A DNA stretch of 63,955 nt from Geosiphon pyriformis uo1 (taxonomy: Eukaryota; Fungi; Glomeromycota): NCBI GenBank assembly GCA_016748015.1, contig JAAOMT010000512.1, positions 248,046 through 312,000 of the forward strand, given 5' to 3'. The translations under genes and the position numbers were made by a program. Positions 1-11,733 of the stretch are shown here, one piece after another. How positions within the stretch are numbered: the first letter of the stretch is position 1; each line of letters opens with the position of its first letter. The notes beneath the pieces were generated by a model. That model did not search any database, was not told where the DNA came from, and saw nothing but the letters and a program-made list of their open reading frames with translations.

Positions 1-3000
1 GCAGACTTGTTTATTGGACTCAAAAATTTGTTGTGTGGTTGTTGGCTTTGTGCAAGTGTAGATTTCCGGATGTTCTCCAAAGGGTGAGATGGTAATTGGT
101 TGTGGAAGTCTGAGAATCTGGTGGGATTTGTTTTGTGTGTTAAGAGCTATATTAACTGGAACTGTGAATCGTCCAGTTGAACCAAAACCTTGGGTTCTTC
201 TATTGCTCTTTCCTAATTGCTCTCTTTGATTGACTAGTTGCAAACCCGAAATGTTGATTAGGGGTAGGTAGATAGCTTGGGCAATTTTTTCAGCATGTTC
301 AATCTTGAATGGTTTGTCAGTTTTATTTTGAAGCATTACTGTTATGTCTTCAGTATATCCAGCATCAATTATTCCTCCTCTGACATTAATTCCTTTGCTT
401 GCCAGAGAGGACCAAGAGGCAATTTGAACCATTGCTCCTGGCGGAATTTTGAATGCAATTTTGAGATTAATTTTTGTGAGAGATTTGGGTTTGAGAACAA
501 GAGTATCCTTGTCTAGATATCTTAGGTCATATCCAGCATCAATTTCATGTGCTTTTTCTGGTTTTATTCCTTGTCCGTTGTTGTTGAAGTATTTAAGTTG
601 TAAGGCAGGCTGATTTTCAATAAGATAGATGGGTGTTGTTTCAATTTCTTCCGTTTCTTCAGGTTCTCCAAATTCAATTTCATTCTTATCATTTTCGCTG
701 GGCAAGGGGATACTAAGAGCATAGCATTCAGGACACCATTGTTCATCACAAGGCATAATGCATTCTTCACATAGCCTAATGTTTATTTGCTCTAATTGTT
801 GAATTTGAGCTTCTTGGGTCAGGTAGGTGTAACTTGCAATTTGGTGGTAGACTTCTACTTTATCTTCGTAATCGAATCCAGCTAATTCTATGGTGTATTC
901 AATGTATTCTGCTTTTTTCATTTGACAAACATCTTCTTTAGTAGCTCTATTAATTAATGCCATTGCTAAGTCGAAAATCATCTCGGCATCATGAGAGTAG
1001 TAATAAAGTTTGTTGAGAGCACTGTTGTATGCTGCATTAAAGGGTGTTCCTCTTTTTACTTTTTCTGAAATTGATAAAGCATATTGGCAGGTCTGATTGC
1101 AGACACCTCCTCTTATTGCTACATCAATCCAATTGCATTCTTCTGGTAGCATATCTCCACAAGTCAAACAAGGGGTGTTGTCCCATTTTCTACTCCTTTT
1201 TATTAGATGGCCCCATCGCTCTCTGTGGTAAGCCTTGCAGTAATAACAAGTATGATTCTCATATTCTTCTTCAAGTGAAATGCAGGCTCCCATTAATGAT
1301 AGTTTCTTGTGGCAGTTTTTACATTTAAGAAGAATATAAGGGCATTGTTTTCTTGGTTTGGGTTTTGAGTAAAGTATATTCCATTCAGAGGTTTCAGGTT
1401 TAGTGTGTGGGGTAAAATGTTCTTGTTCTGTTTCATTGGCCCAGTTGGATATTGATTCAAGAGCCATGAATGTTTCGAGTATTGGTTTTTCTTCTTCTGA
1501 TTCAAATTCAAAAGCCGGGGCTTTTTCAGAGCATTTGTTGAATGTACCACAAATGGCAGGTACTCGGGCGTGTTGTCCTTGGTAGGAGATTGTTAACTCT
1601 TGTGTTTCCCAATTTAAATTAGCATTGGCTTTTTGAGGCCAATCATTTCTGACGAAAGCTTAGTACTGGGGTGTATCCATTATAAGAACTTTGACTGGAA
1701 TGGTGATTCCATCAAGAGTGAATGGAAAATTGTCAATTTCTCCTACTGGGGTCTTTTTCATGTCATTGGCAGTGACGATTACTGTTTGAGCTGGTCGGTC
1801 AACATTTTTTTTCAACTGTTGCATTAACTGGTAAGTAATAATGCTTCCAGTGGATCTACTGTTTAGAATTAAGCGAATTGGCTTTCTTTCTACTTCAGCT
1901 TCTGTGTATATTGCAGTGATGGCTTTTTGCTCATTAGCTGCTGCATTGCTAAGCAAGAATGGTGATTCATTTGCTTCAAATTCAAAAGGAAAGATATTAG
2001 AGAGATTGGCATTTTCAGCAATTTGGGCTGGTGGAATAGTAGTGTGGTTATGAGAAGGGTTTTGTTGTTGTTGTGCTGCAGCTCTACCTTCCGAGAGTGC
2101 AGTATGGTGAAAATCCTGTTCTTCCGGCATTGTTAAATAACTGGGTTGAGTGTGGTAATGGTTGGGTCTTGGTTGAATGGTATTTCGGGGAACCAATTAG
2201 TTGTTTGAACTGATTCTACTATTGTTTACTTGGTATTGGTTTTGTGGTGTGAATTGATTTTATGTAATCAGTCTTTGAGCAGGTACTTGATAATGTTGTG
2301 TGGGTGGTTGTTGGTATTGCTGTTGGATTGGTTGTGGGACGGGCTGATAATAGTTATTTTGGTATTGGGGTCTTGGTGGATAGTAAGCTGGTGGTGATAG
2401 TTAATAATAAGATTGCTGTAGTGGAGAGTAACATTGATTACCCCTATTTTGTTGGTCTCGTTGCAGCTTTCTGCAATCTCTTTTCTAGTGGCCAGAGATT
2501 CCACAATAATGGCAATTCTGGGGCTGGTTATTGGAAAGTGGTGCAAAGTTATTTTGATTTCGTCTTTGGGGTGGTTGATATCTTTGGGGTTGTTGTTGTT
2601 GTTGGTTGGTAAAATAGTTTTCGACCTTCTTTGTGAGTTGGTCAATTTTTTTCTCAGCTGCTGAGTTGGTTTTTTCAATTGCCAAATTTACAAGTTTTGT
2701 ACGATTGGCTTCTTCCATGGCCATTTCGTATCTTTTCGCATGCTGTATGGCAGAGTTTAAATCTTCTGGCACATGTGGGTGAACCTTTTTAATTAGTTTA
2801 TCTTTTAGACCAGCGATAAATTGATCCAAGATTTGAGCATTGGAATAATAATTATTTGTCTTGAGTTGGCGAATCTGTCTGAGAAGTTTGTTGAATTTCC
2901 CAATATAAGTCATAATGGATTCGGAGGGTTCTTGTTTGATATTTTGAAAACGATTGCGAAGAGTGATGGAGGTATTATTGTCAGTGAACTGTTCAAGGAA

Positions 3001-3939
3001 GGCTGCTTTGAAAGCATTCCAATTATTGAATGGGGCAGCAAGGTTTTCAAACTATTCTCCTGCTGTTCTTTTGAGAAAGTAGGGAATTGTTCTTAACATT
3101 CTGGCAGTGTTCTATCCATTTGCATCTCCAGCTTTAGTAACTTGGTCGAGTCATTCTTGGGAACTGGTTTCAATATCTTCTCTATTGAATTCAGAGATTT
3201 TTGTGATGTATGTTGTCATTTTGTCTTCTTTGTTTTCACTGTCTATTGATTCTTCTTCGGTTATTTCAGAGTTGTTTTCTTTGTTTGCTGCTGTCTCAGA
3301 GTGTTCACTTTGATTTTCAGCTAGAAAATCAAAGAGATTGAAACTAGTTTGAAGGGGTTCTTGTTGTCTGGTGGGATTTCTGAGTGATGTAAAATTTTCT
3401 GGTCTTGCAAATCGATTCAAGGGTGAATTAGGTGTTTGTGCTTGTGTAAGTGAAGCTGGAAAAGGTGTGATAGTAAGTGGAAGTTTTGAGCTGGTTCCTT
3501 GTTCAGGTGTTTATAAATGTTTGAATGATATTTTGGGAGTATTGGGTGTTGTGTAAACAGGTCGGTTATCTTTTTGTCTTTTGTTGCTACTGGTTTCAGG
3601 TTCAAATTCGAGTTCAAAAGCAAATTGTGCGTTTGGAGGATATTTTTCTTTGCAGAATCGAATGATATTATAATCGAGTTTCTCAAAATAAGTAGTGCAA
3701 GCTTCAGCACTAATGTTTTCTGATTTAGTGTTGGAATAGTGTAGTATGTTCTCAAGAAGATCTCTTTTAACTGTTGTAATGTTATAGTTCCCAAAGAGGT
3801 AGTCGTTGATTCAATTTTCAATGTATTAAAAAAGTGTTTTCTTGAAAGCTATGATTCCGTTGCGTATTTCAAATTGTTGTTTGCAGTGTGTATAAATTGA
3901 TTGATAGTACTCTAAGGTTGTGATGTTTGAGGTGGTCAT
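1..3939 (-). pseudogene. gag-pol polyprotein of element A, single frame, interrupted only by point-mutation stop codons
   Basis: ORF-track fragments 3151-3420, 2485-2913 and 1660-2196 and the unlisted open frame 1659->1 share one frame. Stops derive from CAA/CGA/TGG-type codons. Confidence 0.88.
172..601 (-). CDS. dut: dUTPase domain inside element A pol (likely inactivated)
   Basis: Manual translation KAHEIDAGYDL..IASWSSLA..GGIIDAGYTEDI..KIAQAI..RRTQGFGSTG gives the five trimeric dUTPase motifs. Motif II R>W and motif V G>R are transition mutations. Confidence 0.92.
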
Positions 3940-3970
3940 CACTTTGAATTTGTTACTGTGTTATTTTCAT

Positions 3971-3982
3971 GGGAGAGCACCA
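3971..3982 (-). promoter_or_regulatory. primer-binding site of element A (TGGTGCTCTCCC)
   Basis: Lies 2 nt after the 5' LTR end. TGG is complementary to tRNA CCA, and it shares TGGTGCTC with the element B PBS. Confidence 0.75.
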
Positions 3983-3984
3983 AA

Positions 3985-4964
3985 TGTTACCAGAGGTTTT
4001 TGGTCTCTTTTCTGTAATGTTGTTGATACTTATTTGCTGTGAATTCACGTTTTCTGGATGTGGTTGAACCTCCAATAACTGAATTTATCTTCAAATTATC
4101 TCCTATAATTTGAACTGCTGGGCTTATAAATGGAATGGCCAATTTCTTGCCAGTTACTTTATGTAGTTACGTTGTAGTAAATATCAACTCTTTCCCAGGA
4201 ATTGCTCATCTGAAAGCTCACTAAAAATGTGTAGTTACTTTGCTGTAAAAGTCAACTCTTCTATAGGAATCTCGTTTGTAGGCTATTCTAATGATTGTAA
4301 TAAGAAAAGAAAAGAAAAAGAAAAGAAATGTAAAAGAAATAAAATTTTGTCAAGAGAAACGTTTTCTATCCAGACCTGGAGTCACTAACAGTTTACTGAA
4401 ATTGGTAGCTAATCAATTTCGAAATGTTAGTTGGGTTTTGGGAATTTTCCAAGTGCAATAATTAAAGAACTTGGTTTTTTCAAATTATTTGATATTTATT
4501 TCTTTTTGTGTATATAGGAATGGTTCTAAGTGATAAATTTAAAATAAGATACATTTTCTCGAAAAGAGAAGCTCTTCTTTTATACAACTTGTTGTAACAC
4601 TATTCTATGAACTTGAACTTTGCTATTTTCTACAATTTCGCTAAACTAAAGATACATTTCGGCGAACTACAAGTTATTTTGGCAAACTATTAGATATTTT
4701 GGTAAACTATTAATTATTTTGGCAAATTTCTACAAATTTCAGCAAACTTCTGAATGTTACATAGTTCAGGATATTGCATGATTGATCATTGCAATTAGGT
4801 TACATTTGTGTTGTGTACAATTTGGGTTATTAATTAAATAATAATTTCGGACATTTTTGCTAATGTAATAAGTAATCATTTGAAACGATAATATATGCTA
4901 ATTAATGATAGGAATTATAAGATAATTTCATGCTAAATAATATCTCTAATTTTGTCTGGTAACA
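3985..4964 (-). repeat. 5' LTR of element A (980 bp)
   Basis: TG...CA ends with a 10-bp terminal inverted repeat. Homologous to the solo LTRs at 15570-16541 and 51524-52514. Contains ~18-bp TTCGGCGAA/TTGGCAAA-type repeats in U3, TATAAAAG and a TTCAAATTAT..ATAATTTGAA hairpin. Confidence 0.92.
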
Positions 4965-5432
4965 ACAGATATCATTGTGCTTTTCAATCATTTCTTTATT
5001 CAATGAATTACAAGAACAAGCCAATTGCTTCTCAGGCTAATTCTAACAAATACAAATCAAAAAAGGAAAAAGATAAGGTATGTGAATGCCAACAAGTAGA
5101 TACTTGAAGGTAAGGAAAGGGGAATAAGCGATTATGAGAGGAAGTAATTAATATTGTTTATTTCGTTACTTTGATTATGTCATTCTACAGCTAAGGGAAT
5201 CATCACTTATATAGCTGTCTAAAGTGGTCAATGATCAGGTCAATGATCAGGTCAACAATCAGGTTAATGATCAGGTCATTGATCAGGTCAATGATCAGGT
5301 CAATGATCAGGTCAACGGTCAAGTCATTGATCAGGTCAATGATCACTATCTAAAAATAGGGTGGCTAATTATATGACATCAGTAGCTAATACATGTGATA
5401 ATTAATAAAAACTATGTGTTTCAACCATAATA
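4965..5432 (-). repeat. visible part of element B 3' LTR
   Basis: Aligns to 12302-12781. Ends ...TTCAACCATAATA here versus ...TTCAACCGTAACA in the 5' LTR. Confidence 0.9.
5226..5345. repeat. tandem array, 10 x 12 bp (GGTCAATGATCA), in LTR-B U3
   Basis: Counted directly. Lies just upstream of TATATAAG on the minus strand. Confidence 0.95.
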
Positions 5433-6058
5433 TTATCCTCTCCAAAGAGATTGAGCTTCGGCAAAATCAAACTATTTATGGGATAGTCTATGTGAAAGGT
5501 TTTATCTAACTCAAAACTAACTAGTTTGTTGAAGTTTTTTGTGGATAGAGTATATAGTACTTGAGGCAAAATAAGCTTTGTATCTAAGAGATCAAATCTT
5601 TGTATTAGAGTTCTGGCTCTTTTAGTAATGGTCAAAACTCTTGGGACATCCAATCGTATAATGCCCAAAATTTCCACTTGTATCTCTGAAGTTGTTTTCT
5701 TCATGAGCTTCATGTCTTCTATGATTTCACCAAGATGACCATAGAGTTCTAGTTGTCTTCCATATGACAAGTTTTTGTCTATGGGCAAGATTTCTTGTAT
5801 TGTTTTTCCAATTGTGCTAGAAGGTGAAAGTATCACTGCTGTTATGCTTTCCAGCAGGTATTTATCCATTTTGCCACCAATTCTTTCTCTTCTGGTAGTT
5901 GTTTTCTTTGGTCTAATAACAGTGTGAATTCCACTGTTGTCTGTTATAGTGGTTTGTTTTCCGATAGTCAGAGTAGCATTTGGATAGTTCTTGATCTAGT
6001 ACTCATGGAGAGTATAGAAAGCATTTTGAATGTTTTGATCCAGGAAATAATTGTTCAT
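5402..6058 (-). pseudogene. extra ORF3 of element B (~218 aa, one premature TAG), unknown function
   Basis: ATG 6058 (MNNYFLDQ...) is in frame with the listed ORF 5402-5869. The frame runs through the PPT into the 3' LTR. Confidence 0.65.
5433..5445 (-). promoter_or_regulatory. polypurine tract of element B
   Basis: GGAGAGGATAA immediately precedes the 3' LTR on the minus strand. Confidence 0.65.
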
Positions 6059-6105
6059 GTTGATTGAAGATATCTCTGTTTTGGGAATGGTGCATTTATT
6101 TATCT

Positions 6106-9100
6106 CTAATTTTTGCTGATCATTTGGGTTGGTATTACTACAACAGGTAACCAATCAGGTTATTTGTAATATTTCTTGAGTCATGTACTATGAACAGGGC
6201 GATTACTGAATATTGTTCTATATTGATCTTGTAAGATATAAGAACCATTGTTCAAAACTTTGTTGACTATAAAAAGTCCTTTCCACCGGCTAAAGAATTT
6301 ATCACCATAGACATTGTCTCTGTCTGAACGGTATTTCAAAACTAAGTCACCAATACTTAAGAAAAGTGTTTTATAGGTCTTTTTTTTTTGAGCTTCTCTT
6401 GGAACTGTTTTATCTTTTCAAAGGCAATTATCTGTGCTTCTACTAATGAGTCAAGAATGGTACCAAGTCTTTTTTGCAAAATGTTCTTGTAATCTTTTAT
6501 TGTTATTTCTTCAAAAGGTATTGTTTCTATATCCGTTTCTATTGGTAGAGTTGCCATTTGTCCATAAAGCAGATAAAAGGGTTCATAACTTGTTATGTCA
6601 TGATTTACAGTTTTGTAAACAAACAAGACTGAAAGCAATACTTTGTCCCATAGGTTGGTTTCTTCACTGGTTTTGGCTAGGGTTTTACATAGTGTTCTAT
6701 TAAAACGTTCTACTAGGCCATTTGTTTGGGAGTGATAAGGGGAAGAGAGTTTATGATGTATTCCCATTTTTCTGCAAAGTTCTTCAACCAGTGTACTAAG
6801 AAAAGCTCTTCCTCTATCAGATAAAAGTTCTTTGGGGCAGCCGTGGTGACAGATAATATCTTCATAAATGAAATTGGCAATTGAGACTGCTGTTTGATCT
6901 GGGGTGGCTCTTACTTCTACCCACTTTGTAAGATAGTCGGTAGCTGTGATAATGTATCTGTTGCCATCAGGAGTTACTGTTAAAGGTTCAACAACATCTA
7001 TACCAATTCTATCAAATAGTTGACCAACAGAGATTGAATGGATATCTTCCTTGCGATTGGGTTTTCCTCTTCTTTGGCAGGTATCACAGGTTTTGATGTA
7101 TTCAGCAATGTCTTTTTCCAAGGTAGGCCAATAATAGCGAGCTAAAGTTTTCTGAATTGTTTTTGTTTTTCCAAAGTGTCCAGCTAATGGATCAGTGTGC
7201 ATATTGTAGATCACAATTTCTTTTTCTTCAAATCTAATGACTCTCTGAGGGCAGTCAGGATCTTTTCTATTTCTTTTATATAACTGGTTCTGGCGAATCA
7301 AATAGAAATTTGATTGTTTGCGCAAATGTTCTTTTTGCTGTCGAGTATAGTCCAGCGGGTATTGTCCTTTACCCAAAAATTTCATTAAAGCAGAGTAGTT
7401 GTCCAAGTCCATTATTGTGTTTGTTTGTGGGGGAGTTACAAATAATTAAGTTGGTTTGGTTTGAGAGAGTTTTACTATTACTGGATGGTAAGTCTGAAGA
7501 GAGTATCAGCGTTTTGATGATTAGCTCCTTTGCGGTGTTGAATGTCATAGTCAAATTTGTCCAAGTGGAGTATTCAGCGAGTTATCCATTTATGTTTCAG
7601 GTTTCTTTTGTTGCATAGCCAAACCAAAGCTTGGTGATCTGTTACCACCAAAAATTTTACACCCTTAAAATATTTGTTCCAGTAGCTGGTAGCCCAAACT
7701 ACTGCTAAGCATTCTTGCTCAGTGACTGAGTAGTTCTTTTCTGTTGGTGTGAGAGTTCTACTGGTATATGCTACGGTGTGTTCTCTGTTATCTTCATTTT
7801 TTTGGGAAAAAACAGCACCAAGTCCATAGCCAGATACATCAGTGTGGAGAATAAAAGGTTGATCCAAATTAGGTTGCATGAGGATGGGTTCTGTAACCAG
7901 TTTTTCCTTCAGAATTTTAAATGCTTTTTGTTAATGAGTGCCCCAGTGATAATTGATGTTTTTCCTAAGTAGCTGATTGAAAGGAGCAGTGATTTTGGAG
8001 AAATCCTTGACAAACTTGTGATAATAAGAGGCCAAACCAAGAAAAGAGCATAGTTCATGAACATTTATTGGTTGTCTAATGTTTTGAACTTTTTCAATTT
8101 TGGCTGGATCAGGAAAGATTCCATCTTTTGTAATAAGATGGCCAAGAAACTGGGTGGATTGATGTCCAAAGAATAATTTGATTGGATTAATCTTGAGACC
8201 AGCATTTTTAAGGAGGTCAAAAACTTTTTGCAAATGTTTAAGGTGTTCATCCCAGGTTTTTGAGTATACTATTATGTCGTCCAAGTAGACTAGAACAATG
8301 TTTTCTTTTACTGATTCAAATACTTTGTCTATTAAGCATTGAAATGTGGGAGGAGCATTTGTGAGACCAAAAGGCATGACTGTGAATTTGTAGGTATTAT
8401 ACTTGGTGATGAAAGCAGTTTTCTTTCTGCTTTCTGGATCCATCTCTACTTGCCAGAATTCAGCAGTTAAGTCAATGGTTGAGAAGAAAGCGGCACCATG
8501 GAATTGGTCTAGCATTGCATCAATCTTGGGAAGTGGGTACATGTTTCTTTCAGTAATAGCATTTAATTGGTGATAGTCAACACAAAAGCGTAGAGTTCTT
8601 TCTTTCTTGGATACCACTACAACTGGGAATGCCCATTCACTCTTGGTTTCCTGTATGAATCCAAGGGTTTTCATTCGGGTTATTTCCTTTTTGACATCAT
8701 TGCGCCTGTTGAATTGATAGGGCTTCAAATAGATGGGACGAGTTTCTCTGGTGATGATGATGTGTTGTATCACATGTGTACGTCCAGGAGGTTCACCTTC
8801 TTTTGAGATAACTGGGCTGTTTCTAGCCAGCAGGTTTTCAATGTCTACTTTTCTTTCTTCTGGAGAGAGTTCTCTTTGTTCTACAACCAGTGATTGGATT
8901 TCAGGTGGTTTGTTTTCAAAGGACTTTTGAACTTCTTTTATTTCCTCTCAGGGTATCAAGCTGATTGGTTCCCAATCTTTGTAATAGATCAGGCAGGACA
9001 TGCATTCATTGCTAGGAGAATACAATGGTTTGTCGCACCAGCACCGGGCACAAAGACTATGCCACCAATAACTGTATTTGGCTTTCTTGCCTGGCTTTCT

Positions 9101-10165
9101 GTCAAAGGTTCTTCTGAGCATGTTATAATAAGGCCAGCAGATTAACTTGCCATTGACAATGATTCCTTCTTTATTTGCCTTAACATTATCCAGTAGTTTG
9201 CCATTGCTAGTGAAGATGATATAGATGAGTTCAGCAGTTTTTTTTTGTTCTTCTTGTTCTTCTTCTTCCTTACTTTCTTCATCATCTGATTCATCTGATT
9301 CATTTTCTTCTGGGCTCTGCTTGGGTACTAGGGGAGTTGTCCAATGGTGACACTTAACCACAATGGGTTTCTTACCACATCTGATGGTTAGTTCACAGAG
9401 TTCATAATCAAGCAAAGCCTTTGCTTTTTTGAGCCATTCATTGCCAACAATGATGGTGTATTCTTTTGCTTCAGACACTTCCATGTCAGTTTCAATGCTA
9501 ATGCCATTGATGCGGACAGGAATAGCTTTGGCTATGCCAAGCTCTTTCTTCTTATCACCATGCACATTGGTCATTGGTTGTGTGGATGGTTCATCAATTT
9601 TTCTGCCAATTGCTTCAAGAAAGTGTTTGGCAATAACACTAACAGATGATCCACTGTCTAGGATCAAATCAATGAAGTAGCCAGCCACTTGGGCTTTACA
9701 AATTAGAGGAGTAACATTGCTATTGTCAGCAAGTCCAGCTTGGCGAGAGTGTTTGTTGGTTTTGGGTGTCTTTTTCTTTGAAATCAGGGATTTGCAAAAA
9801 TCTTTTCTGAATTGTAGATGGGTCATCAATTGGCCAAAGGTTATATATGCTGGGGTTTCTATAAGGTCTTTGACAACAGAATAGGGACCAGATTTTTGTA
9901 CTATTTCTGAGGATTCCAGCTTTGGAGGATTTTTAAAAACTTTGGCTTTTGGGGGCTCATTGTTGTCAGCAGTTAATATAGAAGCTTTATTGGGGTCCAG
10001 AACGAAATCAACTTTGGCTTTCTTCTTCTTTCTTGTGGATTTAGAGGGGTTAATTGCTAATTCATTTATATCATGGTCATCATCAGTTAAGTTAAAAGCA
10101 TAAAAGGGGTTTTTTTCTGGTTGGCTTGCACTCTTACCCTTTGGAGGTGCGCCTACCAGTTTAAA
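6106..10165 (-). pseudogene. element B pol (PR, Cys-containing spacer, RT, RNase H, integrase)
   Basis: ORF fragments 8948-9829 (DSGS), 7931-8773 (RFCVDY..YPLP..MPFGL..YLDD), 7574-7879 (RNase H) and 6357-7412 (H..H..CDTC, GID/SDRG/GLVERFNRTL). GPY/F-like tail at 6140-6355. Confidence 0.93.
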
Positions 10166-11706
10166 GGCTGATAAACAGTGGCTTCAACTAGGGGATCCTC
10201 TCCAAAGAAATTGATGTTGGCATGATTGGGTCTTTGGTTGGGTACATTGTTGTTGTTGATTCTGTTGTTCTGAGCATCATTGTTTCTGGAGGCTGGTGGA
10301 GGCAGTGGAGGATTGTTGCAATCTCTTGAAAAGTGTCCAGTTAATCCACAGTGATAGCATACAGGTGGGCCATGATTTTGTTGTCTTTAATAAGGTGATT
10401 GCTGGGGCTAATTGAAGCATGATTCAAATCTGGGTTTTCGTAGTTACTGATTTTCTCTGACTGCTTGGGCTAAGAGTTCTAATAACCAAGCAAGATTTGC
10501 TGTGAGTCTGTCTATTAACTGTTTATTTGGATCTTGAGTGTGAGTGGCAAAAGAAGTAGCAGCCATTTGAGGGGCAGGAGCCATGACAGGAACAAGAGCA
10601 AAAACTGGTAGTGTGGATCCCAAGTGCATCCTTTGGTTGTTTTCAATTCTTTGTGCTAATTCAATGGCCATATTCATGATGGGATTATCTTTCAGGGCCA
10701 GGAGGGGCCAAAGAGCATATGATAGATCAGTTCTCAATCCTTTTGTGAAGGAGTGAATTTTCTGCTCTTCTGTCCAATTTCTTCCAGTGTCTACTCGTTT
10801 GATTAACTTTCTGATTGCTTTGGCATATTCGGTTACAACTTCGCCAGAACTTTGGGTTCTTCTTTCTAATTCCATACGCCATTTTGATATTAATATTGGG
10901 GTTCTGAACTTGTTTTCAAACCGGGTAGTAAAAGAAGTGTTGATTTCTCCCATATTTGCTGGTGTCCATCTAACAATTCTTTGCTGGGCATTGGCATCTG
11001 TTTCTTGTAAGAACCAGGTAGCAGGGGATCCTTGAAGGTAGCCACCGACAATTTGGAACTTGTATTCATCATCATATTGATTGGCTGTAGCGGCTCTTTC
11101 AAAGTCATTCAACCATTTAATTGGATCTTGTACATCACCTCTAAATAATGGTATTGGGGTGTTGTTTCTTTGCCTTAGAGCAGTTTGTATACCTTGAAGG
11201 GCGGCCAAAATGTTTGCTTGCATGGGGTCATTAGCCATTGGTTCAGGGGTAACTGTTTGTGTAGATGAGTCTGATTTGCTTGATAAAAGATCAAAAACAG
11301 GGGCAGTTTAGTAGCTTTCTTCTTCTGTTTCAAAGGGAGTTTCAGTTGCTTGATGAGCAGCAATCCAAATGTGGATTTGATGATTCAGATATTTGAAATC
11401 AGGGGGCTGTTGTTCAAAGGTTGCAGAATATAAGAGCTGATTGATACTGTTGTTTCTTTCTTCAAAGTCATTTTCAAAATAAGCTTGGTCAAAGTAATAG
11501 GTTGTATAAGCTGTATAGATTTCAGCTAAATGCTTGTTCAGGAACCAGTTCCAAAAGTCTTGGAATTGTCTACTGGATTGTTCTTCAAGGGGAAAGCAGA
11601 TCAAGCAGGAGGGCAGAGGATTAAGTTCAATGAAGCTTTGGTTGTTTCTGTTGTGTGCTGAAAAGTGTTCTTCTGATTGCTGTGGCAGATATGAGTAATT
11701 ACCTAT
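10153..11706 (-). pseudogene. element B gag with N-terminal extension
   Basis: Fragments 11308-11604 and 10444-11238 are in frame. Capsid-like WLNDFERAATANQY and a CCHC knuckle near 10320-10360. The frame ends YQPLNW* at the slippery site. The start is probably ATG mutated to ATA at 11706. Confidence 0.85.
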
Positions 11707-11733
11707 ACAATAAGGGAATAAGTGAATTTTGAC

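Larger units (their letters stand above)
1..4964 (-). mobile_element. Ty3/gypsy LTR retrotransposon 'A' (5' part; continues beyond the left edge): 5' LTR, PBS and gag-PR-Cys-rich-dUTPase polyprotein
   Basis: LTR 3985-4964 has TGTTACCAGA...TCTGGTAACA inverted ends, with a PBS beside it. One reading frame runs from ATG 3939 to the window edge: capsid-like (QEWLDQV..AGDANG), CCHC knuckle CHYCGISGH..RDC, aspartic protease remnant LILNSRSTGSII, then dUTPase. Confidence 0.92.

Noticed and set aside
5226-5345. Regular short repeats resembling a CRISPR array
   Set aside because: Contiguous 12-mers without unique spacers, inside a eukaryotic LTR, with no cas genes.
5402-6058. env gene interpretation of ORF3
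   Set aside because: No signal peptide, furin site or transmembrane helix is visible.
277-11035. Numerous short plus-strand ORFs over the gypsy elements
   Set aside because: Antisense shadows of the minus-strand gag-pol with no independent motifs.
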